A DNA stretch of 52,698 nucleotides from Rotaria sp. (GCA_905250055.1 CAJNOF010000202.1:107666-160363), one strand, 5' to 3'. Shown: positions 12,274 to 26,200, numbered from the stretch's first letter. Notes: a model not told the origin generated them from the letters alone. Translations and numbers: made by a program.

Positions 12274-14255
12274 CTAAAACCAAATATCGAATATATGTGG
12301 TTTGGATCTCCAACTCCATGATCGAGGACAGTTCATTCCTTTATACCATTCAGATGCCAATGCAGTCAAATCGTAAATGGTATTTTTGAATAGTTCTATC
12401 CGACAACAAAACAATGTGAAATGAATGAGTTTTGGAAAACGATTGAATACAAGTCGAAGTCCACTTTGAAAATGGTCCAGTGTGAGCCATGACGCTGGAT
12501 CAGCATCGACGAAGATTGTTAACTTTTTTAGTGATGATGATGACGAATAAGAGTAAATAGTATCGACAACTTGAACCAATTCAAGAAAGGAACTTGTTCT
12601 ATCTTCACTACAGAAACGAAGTACTTCAAGATGATCGGCAAGATATGTACAAAGTTCGATATTGAATGAAAGAGCAAGACCAAATGCAAGTGTCGCCTGA
12701 ACTTCCAGTTCGCAAAAACGTGGTGCTCGTTGAGCAACATAGAGTAGAATTGGTAGATTAAGACAAATTTGATTTCTATCATGAAAGAGAAAAAAACGAA
12801 TTCAATCTTAAGAGTATGCGTGTTGAGAAAAAGAAGACTAACATTCACATCAAACTATTCGTTAACCAGAGTCATTTTAAAACCTGAACAGGATGAGAAA
12901 AATTAAAATCACTATCATATTGATTTCTTTAATTCGAAAAAAACCGTTCCATGATAGAAGACATTTTCAGACATACTGTTATGGAAAATATTCTACTGTG
13001 AACGTAATGTGAATAGGTATTAGAATTCATTCTTCTCTGAAAGTCTACCTTTGAAAGAAATGTATCGTTTCAAAAAACAATTTTTCATTTAAAAGATTTT
13101 TGTTCTTGATCTATTGAAGATGCTGAAAAAGATTTTTATTGATTTTAACAAGCAGAAATCTTTTCAGCAAATTTCTTAAGTCGAATCATGAAAACATCAA
13201 TTTGGCTTCAATATGTCTGTCGATTAGACTATTTTTTAATTTATTTTAAACTTAGTTGCTTATTTTGTTAGACGATCAGATCATATATCGAAGAAAATTT
13301 GAGAAAAAAAATCAAACAAAACATTTCACTTACGGATCTGTTGTGCAATCACCCAAGATACATATTCTTCGAAGATTGTTCCAGCGAGACACATTATGCA
13401 CTGCTTGTATCCATTTATCTTCCAAATGATCCGAGTCTTCGATGTCTAACTAGAACCAAATACATTGAATAGAAATCATCGTATTCAATGATTGGACTAG
13501 CTGCAAAATGTCTAAGACATAGACTTTCTTAATATCTTTTGATCCCATGAAAATGGTCATCTTTCGAAAGAAAGCAAATGTTTGAATGTTGAAAACTCTA
13601 TTTTTTCCTTCTGTTTGTTTTCGAACACTTATTGAAAAAAAACCTTCAAAATGTACATTGTCGATATTTTGGAATTCTCTGACCTGAAAAAAGCATGACC
13701 TAAACAGTGAATTTGTACATCTTAAACTAAGTATTCTTCTTGTTAGCTTCGAATGATCCAAGAATACAGCTCGATTTTATTTCTTACCTCTTCATTAGTA
13801 GCAATCATTGAATAATCATCATCGTCGTTTTTTTCACTTCCATCCTTACTGTCATTTCGCATTAATTCAACGTTAATCGGATAACGTATAGCTATGTTAT
13901 GTTTTTGATCACATGAGTGAGAACCGAATGTTTTGGTATAATCAGTAAACAAGCCATTCAAGTGTTCTTTATCCTCGTCATTGCCACAGACCACTGACAA
14001 ATCTAATCGAACATTACATCGTTTCGATTTCGGCATAACTAACCATCGTTGTAAGTTATATGCAGTGGGAAGATCAGCATTCTTGCTAAAATTTACACGA
14101 CCACGTAATGTAAATTGTTCAAGTTGTTCGCAACGATAGAGATCTTCGAAATAACATAATATTCCTTCAATGTATGCAGAAATTTCAACTTTGATACGAC
14201 GTAATTCAGGTACGCAAGTTCGATTCAATGGTGTCTGATGAGATGGAATTATCAA
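12274..14255 (-). other. Possible additional coding exons (F-box/LRR-like) downstream of the F-box exon, or a second gene
   Basis: Minus-strand open frames at 13743-14255 (acceptor ttttag just upstream, at ~14282-14277), 13330-13446 (flanked by an AG acceptor and a GTAAGT donor; contains WIQAVHNVSRWNNL), 12528-12848 and 12274-12579. Leucine-rich, no confident domain assignment, and frames conflict near 12528-12579. Confidence 0.25.
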
Positions 14256-14442
14256 AAGATGTTCACGGTCATGATGACTAAAACATATATGATTTTGTAA
14301 ACGATTTAGTAGAATATATCAAATTACGATTTCTGCTCAATACTATAAAGAAAAATCGAAAATCTTTGCTCAACTTGTTATATTATTTTCTCTAACTTGA
14401 AAAAATGATTTTCAACTAGAGACATGATTCAATGTGTACTTA

Positions 14443-15156
14443 CTAAGGAAATTTAATATTCAAATTGCGTAATTTTAGTAAACGATTATTGCCGAGTAAT
14501 TCCACCAACAATACGCACGAACATTGATCAATCAAAAGTGTATGTAGATACCAATGAGTATTGATACGAGAAGATATATCCTTAAGATCATTCATATAGC
14601 TCTTGTCATACTGCGGTGAAATTCGTAGGTAGAATGAACACAATTGTGGGAGAGAATTGAGTATTGGTATAATAAAATCCATGTCGGTCCATGTATCGTA
14701 ATTCCGATAGTGATACAGATCACTATTCAAATCGATCGAAAGTGATTTGAGAGTAAGTGATTGTAGAAAGTTGCCTATCAATGAATTATAGATACGCACA
14801 GGCACATCTCTGATAGTTATTGCTTTCAAATTTGACAAGACGAATTTTTGATCATATAGTTCGAAAAGAAACGAGTCAACTGCATGAGGAGCACGGTGTT
14901 CGGACAAATGAAGATAGACAATTTGTGATGAATATTGATGTAGAACATATGCCATGTAATAACCATCGTAGACATCTATACTCATGCGTCGATTATTGGG
15001 CAACGAAAAAGGGTGTTGCATGATGATGGATGAAAATCGACTGTTAAGTTCTTCAAATGCATTGAGTAGATCGAGTGGAGTAAGATATTCGAAAATTAAA
15101 AGAATGAGTTCAACGGACAAATGTTCGAACAGTGTAGGTGAACATAGATTACTCAT
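14443..15156 (-). CDS. F-box domain protein, 5-prime exon (237 codons of open frame from ATG 15156-15154)
   Basis: N-terminal F-box consensus LFEHLSVELILLIFEYLTPLDLLNAFEELNSRF, followed by Leu-rich repeats LKAITIRDVP...LTLKSLSIDLNSDL. Real ATG at 15156-15154. A GTAAGT sits right after the frame-ending TAG at 14445-14443, so the exact 3-prime boundary is unclear. Confidence 0.55.
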   Translation of the reverse strand: MSNLCSPTLFEHLSVELILLIFEYLTPLDLLNAFEELNSRFSSIIMQHPFSLPNNRRMSIDVYDGYYMAYVLHQYSSQIVYLHLSEHRAPHAVDSFLFELYDQKFVLSNLKAITIRDVPVRIYNSLIGNFLQSLTLKSLSIDLNSDLYHYRNYDTWTDMDFIIPILNSLPQLCSFYLRISPQYDKSYMNDLKDISSRINTHWYLHTLLIDQCSCVLLVELLGNNRLLKLRNLNIKFP

Positions 15157-15481
15157 ATCTTATGATCGAATGTGATAAATGAAGAGAACGATAATACAGC
15201 ATACTCATACATATATATATAAAGTCAGCGATAGACAAAACACAGCTGCTACATTAATTAGTCACAGGACATTTTGTCTCAGTCAATTAGTCACATTGAA
15301 AAAATTTAGTTTTGACACCTGTTTTCATTAAATAATCCACCGAGTTCAACACACAGTGACATGATATACTAGAACGTTCTCAGCGATTCGACAAATGTTT
15401 TATTCAAGAAGAACTGTATCTTGACGAATACGATCTCTAAAAATCATCATCCAAGAATAGTTAAAAACAACTTATGTCGTT

Positions 15482-15545
15482 GACTTTGAGTGTGAATGTG
15501 TTTTTCGCTTCATCTACACTCCACATCTCGACATCCACCCCAAAA
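15482..15545. repeat. Head-to-head telomere-repeat palindrome (degenerate)
   Basis: gagtgtgaatgtgtttttcgcttcatctacactccacatctcgacatccacccc. Confidence 0.6.
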
Positions 15546-15829
15546 TAATTGTATTCCTTGATGAAACATATTTCTCATTAGAATATATTTATACTGCAAA
15601 TTGATAAGAAGTAGACGAACAGAAGGTTATTAACCAAAAGGTTAAGAATGAAAAAAGAATTATGGTGTGATCAGATGCATCTAAAGATGGATTTTCTCGT
15701 ATATTGTTATACTTGGAAGCGCTTCCATAGGAATATGTAATGATAATTTAGAGCGTAACAAAAATAATCTAGACAATATGAGCATAATCTCATCGATATG
15801 ACATTCGGTTACAATGCAACATTTTGAGC

Positions 15830-15965
15830 AACATGGAGAAGAAAAACAACGAAAAGTACGAAAAAAAAAGAAAAAGAATACGAAGAGAAAGACAAGAAGA
15901 ATAGGAAAAAACGAAATAAGGATAAAAGGAGAAAAGAAAACAAAGAGAATAGAAGATAAAAAGAG
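15830..15965. repeat. ~135-bp pure purine (A/G) tract on the + strand
   Basis: gaagaaaaacaacgaaaagtacgaaaaaaaaagaaaaagaatacgaagagaaagacaagaagaataggaaaaaacgaaataaggataaaaggagaaaagaaaacaaagagaatagaagataaaaagagg. The overlapping ORFs (KKKNTKRKTRR... and poly-F/L on the minus strand) are low-complexity artefacts. Confidence 0.8.
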
Positions 15966-16760
15966 GTACATATACGTGTATGGAGGCGTTCAGTCAACAA
16001 ACTCAATTTATTTAAGCAGCGGAAACTAATGCCTCTCCTTCAATTTTTTCACTCTTCCCATCCGAAAGAAATGACCAAGATTATCTCGTTGACTTTTATT
16101 GAAATCATATATTTTAGCGTAAAAATCGAGTAGATCTTCATTTATCACCGAGAACAAATTCTGTTCTGACACATATAAACATCGATGCATCAATCCTATT
16201 CCGATTCGAAACTTCCGCCTCACAGTTTCCTGATGTGACAATAGAGGGAAAAGTCAGACGAGATGTGGAAAGATACATGCAAAAAAAAAACAATATTCGT
16301 GATACTGATATTGATACTGATTTTCCTGCTATGGAAAAATGATTTGACGTACGGTTTTGATAGTATTTTATTGATTGTTTCCATTTTTTTTGAATAGGTT
16401 GAAATTTGGTTACATATTTTTGCTTCTTCGATCTCCAAATATTCGAATTCTGATCTCAATGTTCTGGATTTTCACGTGTGGAATGCTAGTACCATTAATA
16501 TACGATAGCATAAAGTTGAAAGTTATGATTCATTAATTGGCAGAGTAAAAGCTCCCGACCTAATCGTGTACCCATAAATGATATCGTTCGCAGTATCGAA
16601 AATTAGTCGCACAGATATCCGCTTATCTTGAAGACGAAATACAAAGAATTAAAACGATTTTTTTCTTTGCAGATTGTAGAGCTTTTCACGTTACATCTTG
16701 TAGTACATTCTATTTTTTAATAAAACGTATTGAGAGATTAAAATATGTAATGTAAAATGC

Positions 16761-16822
16761 GGGTATTTAGGGTGTGGGTGTGGATCTGGTTGTAATTGAT
16801 CTTTTCATTCATACCCACACCT
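16761..16822. repeat. Head-to-head telomere-repeat palindrome
   Basis: gggtatttagggtgtgggtgtggatctgg ... cattcatacccacacc. Confidence 0.7.
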
Positions 16823-16886
16823 TCAAGTAAATAAAAGGCAGTAGCTGCATACGAAAATAAACAAACTATACGAATAACTTGACATT

Positions 16887-19001
16887 TCAGATTTTCTCAA
16901 TATATATCTGTGTTTGTTCACCACAATCAATAATTGAATAAGTTTTTAGCAAGTGAATAAGAACTAATTTCATTTCCATCAATGCAAAGCGCATGCCAAC
17001 ACAATTTCGTGGTCCGATACCAAATGGAATTCATGCGAGTGGATGTCTTTTTGTAGCAAATCGTTCTGAATAAAATACATTCGGATCAACTGGACCCTAT
17101 AGATCAGGATCAAAATGTACACTATAAATATCAACAGTGACAATTGTTCCAGCAGGAATCGTACGGACATTACGAATATGAAAATCTTCTGTACTTTGTC
17201 GATTGATGACAACTGGTACAATTGGATACATATGAAGACCTTCTCGAATGAACATATCTAAATATTCCATTTTCAAAATTGCTTCATAAGTGGGTATATC
17301 ATTGTCTGTATTCGGATGGAAATGAGAATCGATATGTTCTTGTAATTTGAGTTGTTCATTTGGATGAGTTGCAAGAACATAAGAAACATAAGCTAGTGCA
17401 GTACTTGTTGTTTCATAGCCGACAGCCACTAGATAGAAATAAATATGTTGATAATAAAAAGTTATCTAGACGAATAGAAATTACTTACTAAAGAAGTGAT
17501 GAACGATCCTACAATAGTGAATAATAGAACAATCTGATACAATCAGATTCACTAATATTTGAGTGCAACTCATTTCAGAAACGATTGTTTTACGTTATAT
17601 AAATAACAGAAACGGTAGACAATCAATAGCTAGTCTTTACAATACAAAGCAAAACGTATTGGATATGAGCGACGAGACAGCGTATTAATATTAAAAAAAT
17701 AAGTTTTATCATGTTTCATATGAAAGTAAATTCAGTTTCATGACCGAAAAATAATCTTTAGCTGTCAACACTTTTTCCTATCGTTGAAACTTGTAAAACT
17801 AAATCTTCGAAATCTAATCTGACCAAAATTGCATTAGATTAGAAGTAGTTCTCACTCTGCTCATTTGTTAGCATGCAATAAAGCTCATCGACTCCAGTAT
17901 GAAAGTATTTGAAAAAGTTGTTTACAGAAGATAGCCTTTTCAAAACTCTAAACAGAAACTCGGCCTGAATAATAATTGAGAAATATATGAACATTAAAAT
18001 GAGCAATCTGACACTTTTTTCCTTTGAGGAAAATCCTGCTCTGTCATCATCGAAAACCGGATGGTTCTAGGTTACTCTCGTAATAGAACTTCTTACTTGT
18101 CTGAATCTATGCGGGAATGCTTGACATACTTCAAGCATAGAATCAAAGGAGCAAAATATCATACTTGAATGACTTCTTCATCCGATGCTGATTCAAGCAT
18201 CAACTGTAATAGATCCATTCGGCTTGTATAACCCAAATTAACTCTTTTCTTGATCAATTCTTGAGTCTGTTTCTTTATCCATATAACTGGATCATCAGTG
18301 ATCTGCTTCCGTGCTAGAGGTACATTATATCGAAGCCATCTTCGCACAATATTATCAATCGTGTGTAACATATTTCAAAACCATTTGAATTCAGGCATAA
18401 ATACATACGAAAGCATAATCTTACTTAAGCAATATTCTGGGCTGAATACACGTTGTGATTGAATAAGATATGGATCATTCGGATTATTTTGCATGTCTGT
18501 ATCAAGACCAAATCCACATGACCATATAGTATCCATAGTAAAACGTTTCAAAAATGTATAAATATCAAAGGGTTCGCCAAGTTGATATTGCTCGGTTAAT
18601 TTTGTCATTAATGCCTCAATACTATGATTAATTAGTGGAGACATTTTTTTGAGTTTGGTCGATGAAAATGTTGGATTAATAACAAATCGTTGCCGTTTCC
18701 AACGAAGATCTTGTGCAGTAAATAGATGACCTTCTTTCACATGTGGTTCGTCAAATGCAACTTCACGACGTGAATGAAAGTTTGAAAATATTTTAAAAAT
18801 ATATCTTGTAAAATATTCGGATCGGAGACGACAAGAATTGGTATATGGCCTTCAAAATAGCCAAATATTCGACCATATTTTTTCGTTCATTCTTTTATAC
18901 ATAATGACATATCGAATAAAAAAACTGTAAGTTCGATGCATATGCCATAAATACACAACAACTAATGCGATAAATACAGCAATGAGAATACTTGTTAGCA
19001 T
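16887..19001 (-). pseudogene. Cytochrome P450 (CYP3-like) paralog with three in-frame stop codons and N-terminal frameshifts; probable pseudogene
   Basis: Minus-strand exons ~19001-18755, ~18740-18150 and ~17467-16887 encode [74 protein letters not shown]. In-frame TGA at 18377-18375 (..EFKWF*NMLHTID..), TAG at 17099-17097 (HFDPDL*GPVDPNVFYSERF, aligned to Trp in the intact paralog) and TGA at 17033-17031 ([14 protein letters not shown]). A 1-bp frame break lies in a T-run between KYFQTF and NFHSRR, and the N-terminal exon lacks the PGP hinge in one frame. Confidence 0.6.
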
Positions 19002-20961
19002 GCTGAAAGCGACGTGCTTTTGCTCTTTATAGTTTACTTCGGTGACATGCTTTTTCTTTTTCTTTTTTTCCTTTCTCTTATATAGCCCTATACAGCAATG
19101 ATACTTTATTTATTTTTCTATTTACTAGATGATGATAGTGGCTGACCTGTCAGCGACTAAACTCGTCAGTTTTAGAAGATCTTTTAGGAAAATAAAAGAG
19201 TGAATGAGTATTTCAATCGAATATTGTTGTCATTGTATTCAGCAGAAACAGAAAACAAGCAGTTAATGATGCTACGAAATATTCTTCATATAGATTGATA
19301 GTGACATTTGACGAAATAATACGTCTGATATTGTTTTGTTTGTAATAAAATAGTCAAAATAAAACTCAAATATATTGAATTTTCGCTTTATACTTAGGCA
19401 GATTCGATTCTATTTGTTTCTGATTGATAAATTATGTAATATACGATTTTCCTCATCATAATAGAATTTAGAAATGGATTTAATTCAAATTGGTTGTTTG
19501 TATTTTTATTTCTACCGAAACTGTAACAAAGTTTTGTTTTTTGACGTAAGAACTCAAATTTAATAATGTGTCATCTCTTAGTAAACAATATAACATGATT
19601 CTATTATCGTATGTTGCTCATTCAAAATTTCAAATGATTAAGGATAATTGTAAATTCAAGAAAAACAAATGTCAGCCCAAAATTACCTAATTATTGTCTA
19701 TTGTTTCTTCATAAAACCTTATCGAAAAATGTGCTGATATTTGGATTTTTGGATTAATCACTGATTGTCTAGTGTAGAATTCGTCGACTAATATTGAAAA
19801 CAATTGATAAAGCCTTTGCATGCGTCGTCATTCTTAATATTAACACTGATATCAAAACTTCAAGATTGATTATCAACAAATGCGATCAGTAATGCTTTTT
19901 TTTCGATTTTCTGCTCAATCATACAATAACATCCATATGCCTAAAATATTGATGATTTAGTCTTAGAAAAAACTTTCCATTCTATTCATGCATGGCTTGT
20001 GTCCGAATCTGTCTGTATTGGATAACATCTCTAGACTGGTACATGGTCGAAACACTATTCTTCTACGTAACCTTATGGACATATAAAAATATGATCAATC
20101 ATGTAAAATAAGATCTGATATTAGATTCAAAAGTAGCTTCAGTCTTGTCATCAGAAATGAGTATGATATATATGTTAGTTAAAAGTAGTATAATACAAGC
20201 ATTCGATTGGCAATTCTTTGGTCACGATAGTTTTTTCCTGTTCGTAATCATTTTACTTGCATTTGTAGCTGTTGAATATCTATTAAAAGAAAATGTGAAA
20301 AATTTAGGTTTGATCTTTTTTAGATTGACGAAAATTATCTTTCCAGATAAAAATGTCAGTATTAGAAAAGTTTAACAAAAAGGATATTTCACGTGTTTCA
20401 ACATTGAATTTTTCATTGATAAGAAATTTCCTGGTGGATACTCTGTACTTCATTCAGCGAAAAAGCGTGAATTCATGGAAAATGTATCACTGTTTTTGGA
20501 GCAATCTTTTTTTTCGCACTTTTTCAAGCAAGTTCGATCGTTAGTAAACAGAAAACAGTTTTGGACAAATATAAATCTCAATTAGCACCAATAATGATGA
20601 AGACTCAGCTTGTTTTATAGGAACATCTGATGAAGATCTCTGATCTGATGATAAGAGCAATCCAAAAGTAATGGTGGAAAATTGGTAATTCCATATAAAA
20701 AGTTTTAAGAAAATTTCTCTCTATATAGTCTGATAGAAAAAGAATGCTTTATTTTTCTATGTTATTTGATCTTACTTCAACTAATAACCTAATAATAAAC
20801 TTTTGATAATATTTGTTTCGTTATGATATGCTCTGGTTGTAATGCCTAACTATCTATACATATTGGGATATAAGAAATTTTGTGACCCCAGAACAAAAAA
20901 AAGAAATATAGAGTTGATCAAATTTTTATTTCATCAAATCTTCGAAAAAATAACCGTGGTT

Positions 20962-21032
20962 AGGAGTGTGGGTGTTCGTTTTAGCTGCATTCACATGCAC
21001 ATTCAAATTCACATCTACACCCATCTTCGATA
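20962..21032. repeat. Head-to-head telomere-repeat palindrome (degenerate)
   Basis: ggagtgtgggtgttcgttttagctgcattcacatgcacattcaaattcacatctacacccatc. Confidence 0.6.
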
Positions 21033-21756
21033 GCTTTTCAAAGTAGACCAAATTTGACTGGTAACATCAATCGAATGTGAATATGATAGACTACCTTTTT
21101 AAAGTTTATTTTGATGAAGAATCAGTCTATTTCACATTATGAATAGAAAAAGTAAAACATTATTCATGAATATAAGCGCATGATTAGAACTCGACACCTT
21201 TCATTGCACAATTATGCAGAATATGCGGATTTGCCTGCATTGGTTCATTCCGAGAATCTAGGTACAGATTAATACTCATTAATAAAATTGTCATGAAAAG
21301 GAGAATCCATTTGAAGATATCATAAATAATTTTATATTTGTGATAACTACTTAAATGGGAAAACATTGACTACGATAATCGAGCACGACAATAGCAGACA
21401 GATGATAAGTAAAATTACTCGAGACCATAACCTCCTTGTTGGAGGCTCTTGAAAACCGAAAAACCTCAATCAACCTTGATTGAATACAGCAAGCGAGGCA
21501 ATATTTAGAAGAACAAAATCTCGAATAACATGAAGTTTCACTCTACTAAGTATGTAGTGAATATAAATGTGTTCACATGAATCATGCATCTGAAATTTTG
21601 GCTGATATACATTCTACATATTGTATTTCTTTTTTATCTTCATGAACCCATTGTGGCTTCGTATGCTATTTGAAAGCCAGGTGTGGTGACAAAAAGCATT
21701 GTAATGGAAAATAGAAATGCTTGATGTAACATGCATAAAGCGGAAGGTTTGTATTT

Positions 21757-21920
21757 ATGGTGGGTGGTGGGTGTGTGCGTGTATGGGTGTGTGTGGCTGG
21801 TTGTGGGATGGGTGTGCGTATATCCGGAAGATATATCTACATCCATACCCACCCACATCCACATCCGCACCCATCCACACCCACAGCCACACCCCACACA
21901 CTCACACCCACCCACACTCT
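21757..21920. repeat. Largest head-to-head telomere-repeat palindrome in the window: ~75-bp G arm, ~8-bp turn, ~80-bp C arm
   Basis: ggtgggtggtgggtgtgtgcgtgtatgggtgtgtgtggctggttgtgggatgggtgtgcg ... atccataccc acccacatccacatccgcacccatccacacccacagccacaccccacacactcacacccacccacac. Confidence 0.85.
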
Positions 21921-23205
21921 CTTTTTGCCTCACGATAGTGAATGATTCCAAATATTTCTATAGGTTAAACGTTTAGTAAGAGCGCTTAAAACTACTGTTA
22001 TTTAATCTAATCAAAAGAGAAAATTTCTATTTTTTGCCAAAGATAAACGAGAGATTTTTGGTTTTTTTTGTATGATTCAAGTTCACCATGTTCTTAATTT
22101 TTTTTCTTTGGTTAAATAATTTATTTACGATGTTTAAGTTTTTGCTTAGCCTATCTAGATTATCCAAAACTCTGCAGAATTTTTTCAGCTGTTCGTAAAC
22201 ACGAAATCTTTCAAGAATCCGGTGGACTAGAGTTAATTTGTGATAGGTTACTTCCATGAGTAATCAATTACAAGAATAACCAGGAAACTAAGCTATATAA
22301 AAGGAGATATGTCAACAAATTTTTGGATATGTTTGCTTTTTTTATTGTTGTGGTTACTTATGAGAGTAACTAATAAAAACGGGTTGTCAGTGTGTGTGTG
22401 ATAAGAATATTGGTCTCAATTAGACTCACACTTTCTCACACTCTGAATTGCTCGAAGAGATTTTTTTCCTCTTATCATATGGCGAACACTAATTCGTCTT
22501 CGACGGCATGGTATTATAAACTAATCTCGACATTCTAGAATTGTTTTTAGAAAACTAATGTCCGTGCATTGCGGAGCGCTTTGTTAATAACTTGTTCATA
22601 TTCTATGTGCCAACATTTTCGTCCTGCCAGAAGAAAGACCTAATCATCAGGTACGGTGTTTTCTTTCGCCAATTTCATCAATATTCATAAACTCTTAGGA
22701 TTTATTACTTTCCTTGCTTTATTTTTATTAAAGAGAGACTTTGTTTAACAAATGCGTGCTTAATAATCAATATATTTCTGACCATAATCAAATAGATAGA
22801 TGTTTTACGTAGCGGTAGCTGCAAACCTCTTTACAGGTTGAATACAAGAGCTCTGCATGAGAATGTTGACTTCGTTGAATTAACAATTGTGTCAGTCGTC
22901 TAGTTTAAATATTTAGTCGATAGATACCCTGCAATTGGCGACAACATCCATAGTGAAGTGCATTAGTGTAGTGCTTGGTGATTTGCCGACATTTTCACCG
23001 TATACTTGTTTCATCGAATTGTGCAATAACATAAAATACATGACATGTGCAGAATTGTAAAGACAAAATGTCAATAGCATTGGTTTACTCATTTTTTTTT
23101 CTGTTTCTTTCTACCACACAGTAGGTAATTGAATATTAGCCATCACAAAAAACGCTAAAATGAATCTATTCGTAGATTAGTTAGAAGATTATTGATGACT
23201 TTCAG

Positions 23206-26200
23206 ATGAAACAAACGACTATATCTACTCCATCTCTGTCACCATTTAATGGTAAATCAATTGTCCTCGAAATTGGTCATGAAATAGGTTTCAAAGCTAA
23301 ACAAGAACTGATCAACTATTTACGAGAACAGAAAGCACATATTTCATATATTCTTACAGCTAGTGTACGTTCTACTTCTATTTTACAAGTATGCTGTTGA
23401 AGTTGACTGCTGTTTTTTTTTGTAGACTGACTATGTTTTGGTTACGAATAATGTAGACAGCTACAAAACACGTCGTGCCAAACAGCTCGGTTTGCCACTG
23501 GTCAATGTAGAATATGTGTACGAGTGTCGCCGTTTGCCACTTGGTCAAACATCGATCGATATTAACAAATTTATCATAAAATCGGTTGAAGATCAGGACA
23601 TTTTTACAAAGACTGGTACTATTTCCGTCACAGGTATTAGAAGATTTCTTTTTTTTATTTGAAAAAACATATTAGACGTACCTATTTGTTAGCATCCAGA
23701 GTAAATACGACCAAAATTAATAAAGTCGATTTAGCTAAAATCAAGATATGGAATTCAGACGATGTTGATTTGCCTCGTTTCGATGAGTTAACACATTGTG
23801 AAATTGGCAAATGGGCAATTTTTAAAGTACAGTTTTATTCATATACTATAACCATGCTCTATTTTATAACTCCACTGTTTGTAACAGGAAACTAATGATA
23901 ATTCAGATGTATTTTTTGTTCTTGAACTCCAAGTTATTCCTGAAACATACTACGATCAAACAACAAGCGATTATCGACTAAGATTTCGATACGAAAAACA
24001 GAGTATTGTTAGCGAAAGTCAAACACAACATAAAAAGGTCTTGATACAATATGCGTTTGGCAATGATCCAAACGAACAGCTACAACTATTTGCATCATAC
24101 TACTATCGTGTAGCTACAATGCCACGTGTAACACGAATTCGTGAGATGCTACCGGATAAAGTAGGATCTAAACTATTATTACGTGTAAGTCAATAATACT
24201 AAAGAAAAGAAAATATCTTCCAAAAAACGAAGATGCATTTGTAGGCTTTATTTACTCATCGTATCGATACACAAATACTCAATGAGAATGTATGTCAATT
24301 GATCGAGTCGATTTGGCTAGAATCAATAGGTGATCTAAGTAAAATTTTGAGCGTACAACCTGAATCAATCAATCTTAAAACGGTATACATATTCATTTTG
24401 ATACATTACAATTATAGATATTGTTTCATATTATTAAATAGATCATCGAAGCTGAAGCTGCCTTATTCGAAATTAAATTGACCAATGATCCGGCTGCAGC
24501 ACTTCGTTTCTATTCACTTATTCCTCATCGACCAGAGTATAATGTTGATCTCATAAAGAATCGTCGAACATTGACCGAAAAAATAGATTTATGCCAAGTA
24601 TGTCTATTTCATTCGAATATTTCATTTAATCTTCTTTATCATTCAGATGCTTCGAGATATGCTAACAGTCAACGAACTAACTAATTGGAATGTTAAAGCA
24701 CCGATCGAAGCTAAATATCGAGCGTTAAAATGTCATATTGAAACAGTAGATAATTCAACACCTGAATTTAAGAATGTTGCTGATCTCATTCAATCGTCAA
24801 CGGACGAGTGAGAAAAATTGAAGTTCGATTTCATAATGATAATTTCCTTTTTACTTATTAGTAATGAAAAAATTCTTATACACCACGTCTTCAGTGTAGC
24901 CAAACAAACAGATGCACTCAATTATTGTACATCACTATCTCATCAACGGCAACTATTTCATGGATCGAAATATGCCAATTTTCTTGGAATTCTGTCACGG
25001 TAATTTTTTTTTCATTATCTAGACAGCATTTATAGTACGACCATATATCTTCAGTGGTTTGACCATGCCAAAAATGGTCGTTGAAGAATTAGGTGTCGTA
25101 CGTACTGATATTGGCTGTCTCGGCTATGGGATTTATTTTTCTGATTCTGCTTCTACATCTCTGAAATATACAACAGCAAGTACAACACGACCAGGACGAA
25201 GATTATTGTGCATCTGTCAAGTAGCACTAGGCGAATCAGCTAACTATTATTCATTTTCGCCGACTCTTACTAAACCTCCCGATGGTTTTCATAGTACACA
25301 TGGAGTTAAACGAACGGAAGAAAATCATTCAATGTTTACTGTAAGTAGTTTGTGTTCTATCAACCGGATCACAACTAGATCGCTGAGTAATAGAAAAATA
25401 TACGGCAACAACAAAGGACACTGTGCATAATAGTGTTCGGCTCGGATGGGATCAAGAAGAAAACATTTGGATCTTGAAGTAAATCTGCATTCTAGACATT
25501 TTGCAGATACAAAAGACAGTCTGAATGTTTTGTCCGTTTCGAAGTTCTATCAGATAAAGTGGAGAAGCTTAATCAAACAAAAATTTATATATGGTTCGAT
25601 TTTTTCCTTCCCTTTCACAGAATTTTCGCTATCGAAATCAAACAAACAAAAATAAAACTATCATCTAATTGTTTCGTGCCAATAACAAAATATTGATGAA
25701 GCATTAAAAACGAATAGAAATTAGGGGCATATTCTTTGTTTTTAATCATAAAATGAACGAAAGAAAAAAAGGAATTGAGAAATTGCTTTTCTCGAGGGAA
25801 GGAAACAAAGTAATGCTATTTATTTTGTAAAATTTTTGTGTTGAATAGAAAAAAAAAGATCATTGTATTCTCTATCTCTGTTACACGATGATAGCAAATT
25901 CTAAAGTATTTATCAAGTGTTTTGTAGTGTTCAAGGTAGCTAAACCAGCTGTGAAGAAAATAGTTATTGTTTCAACTCTACCAAATTACCTTCATGTCGT
26001 AATCTTTTACTAGAGTTTGCATAGCATCCTTCGCATATTTGACATTTTCTTGACGTAGTTAATGTGGAAGTACACTTAATCAAACAAACGACAACATGAT
26101 AGCGGTGACTATCGCTGGTCGTATCGAAAAAATATTTTTCTCCGAGATAAAACAGAAAACTCTAAGTTTTCTAATATATGTAACACGTCATTCTAGGAAA

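Noticed and set aside
15681-16029. ORFs with poly-F/L or K/R-rich products
   Set aside because: They are artefacts of the polypurine/polypyrimidine tract at 15830-15965.
17031-18377. In-frame TGA/TAG codons in the second P450 as evidence of stop-codon reassignment
   Set aside because: Other genes in the window (intact P450, DBH-like, PARP4 exons, peptide precursor) use TGA/TAA as genuine terminators and TGG for Trp. Pseudogenisation is the simpler explanation.
20145-20544. Small ORF with one hydrophobic segment (MSSEMSMIYMLVKSSIIQAFDWQFFGHDSFFLFVIILLAFVAVEYLL...) and a TATA-like cataaaaat upstream
   Set aside because: No homology, low-complexity AT-rich context, and ORFs of this length are expected by chance in AT-rich DNA.
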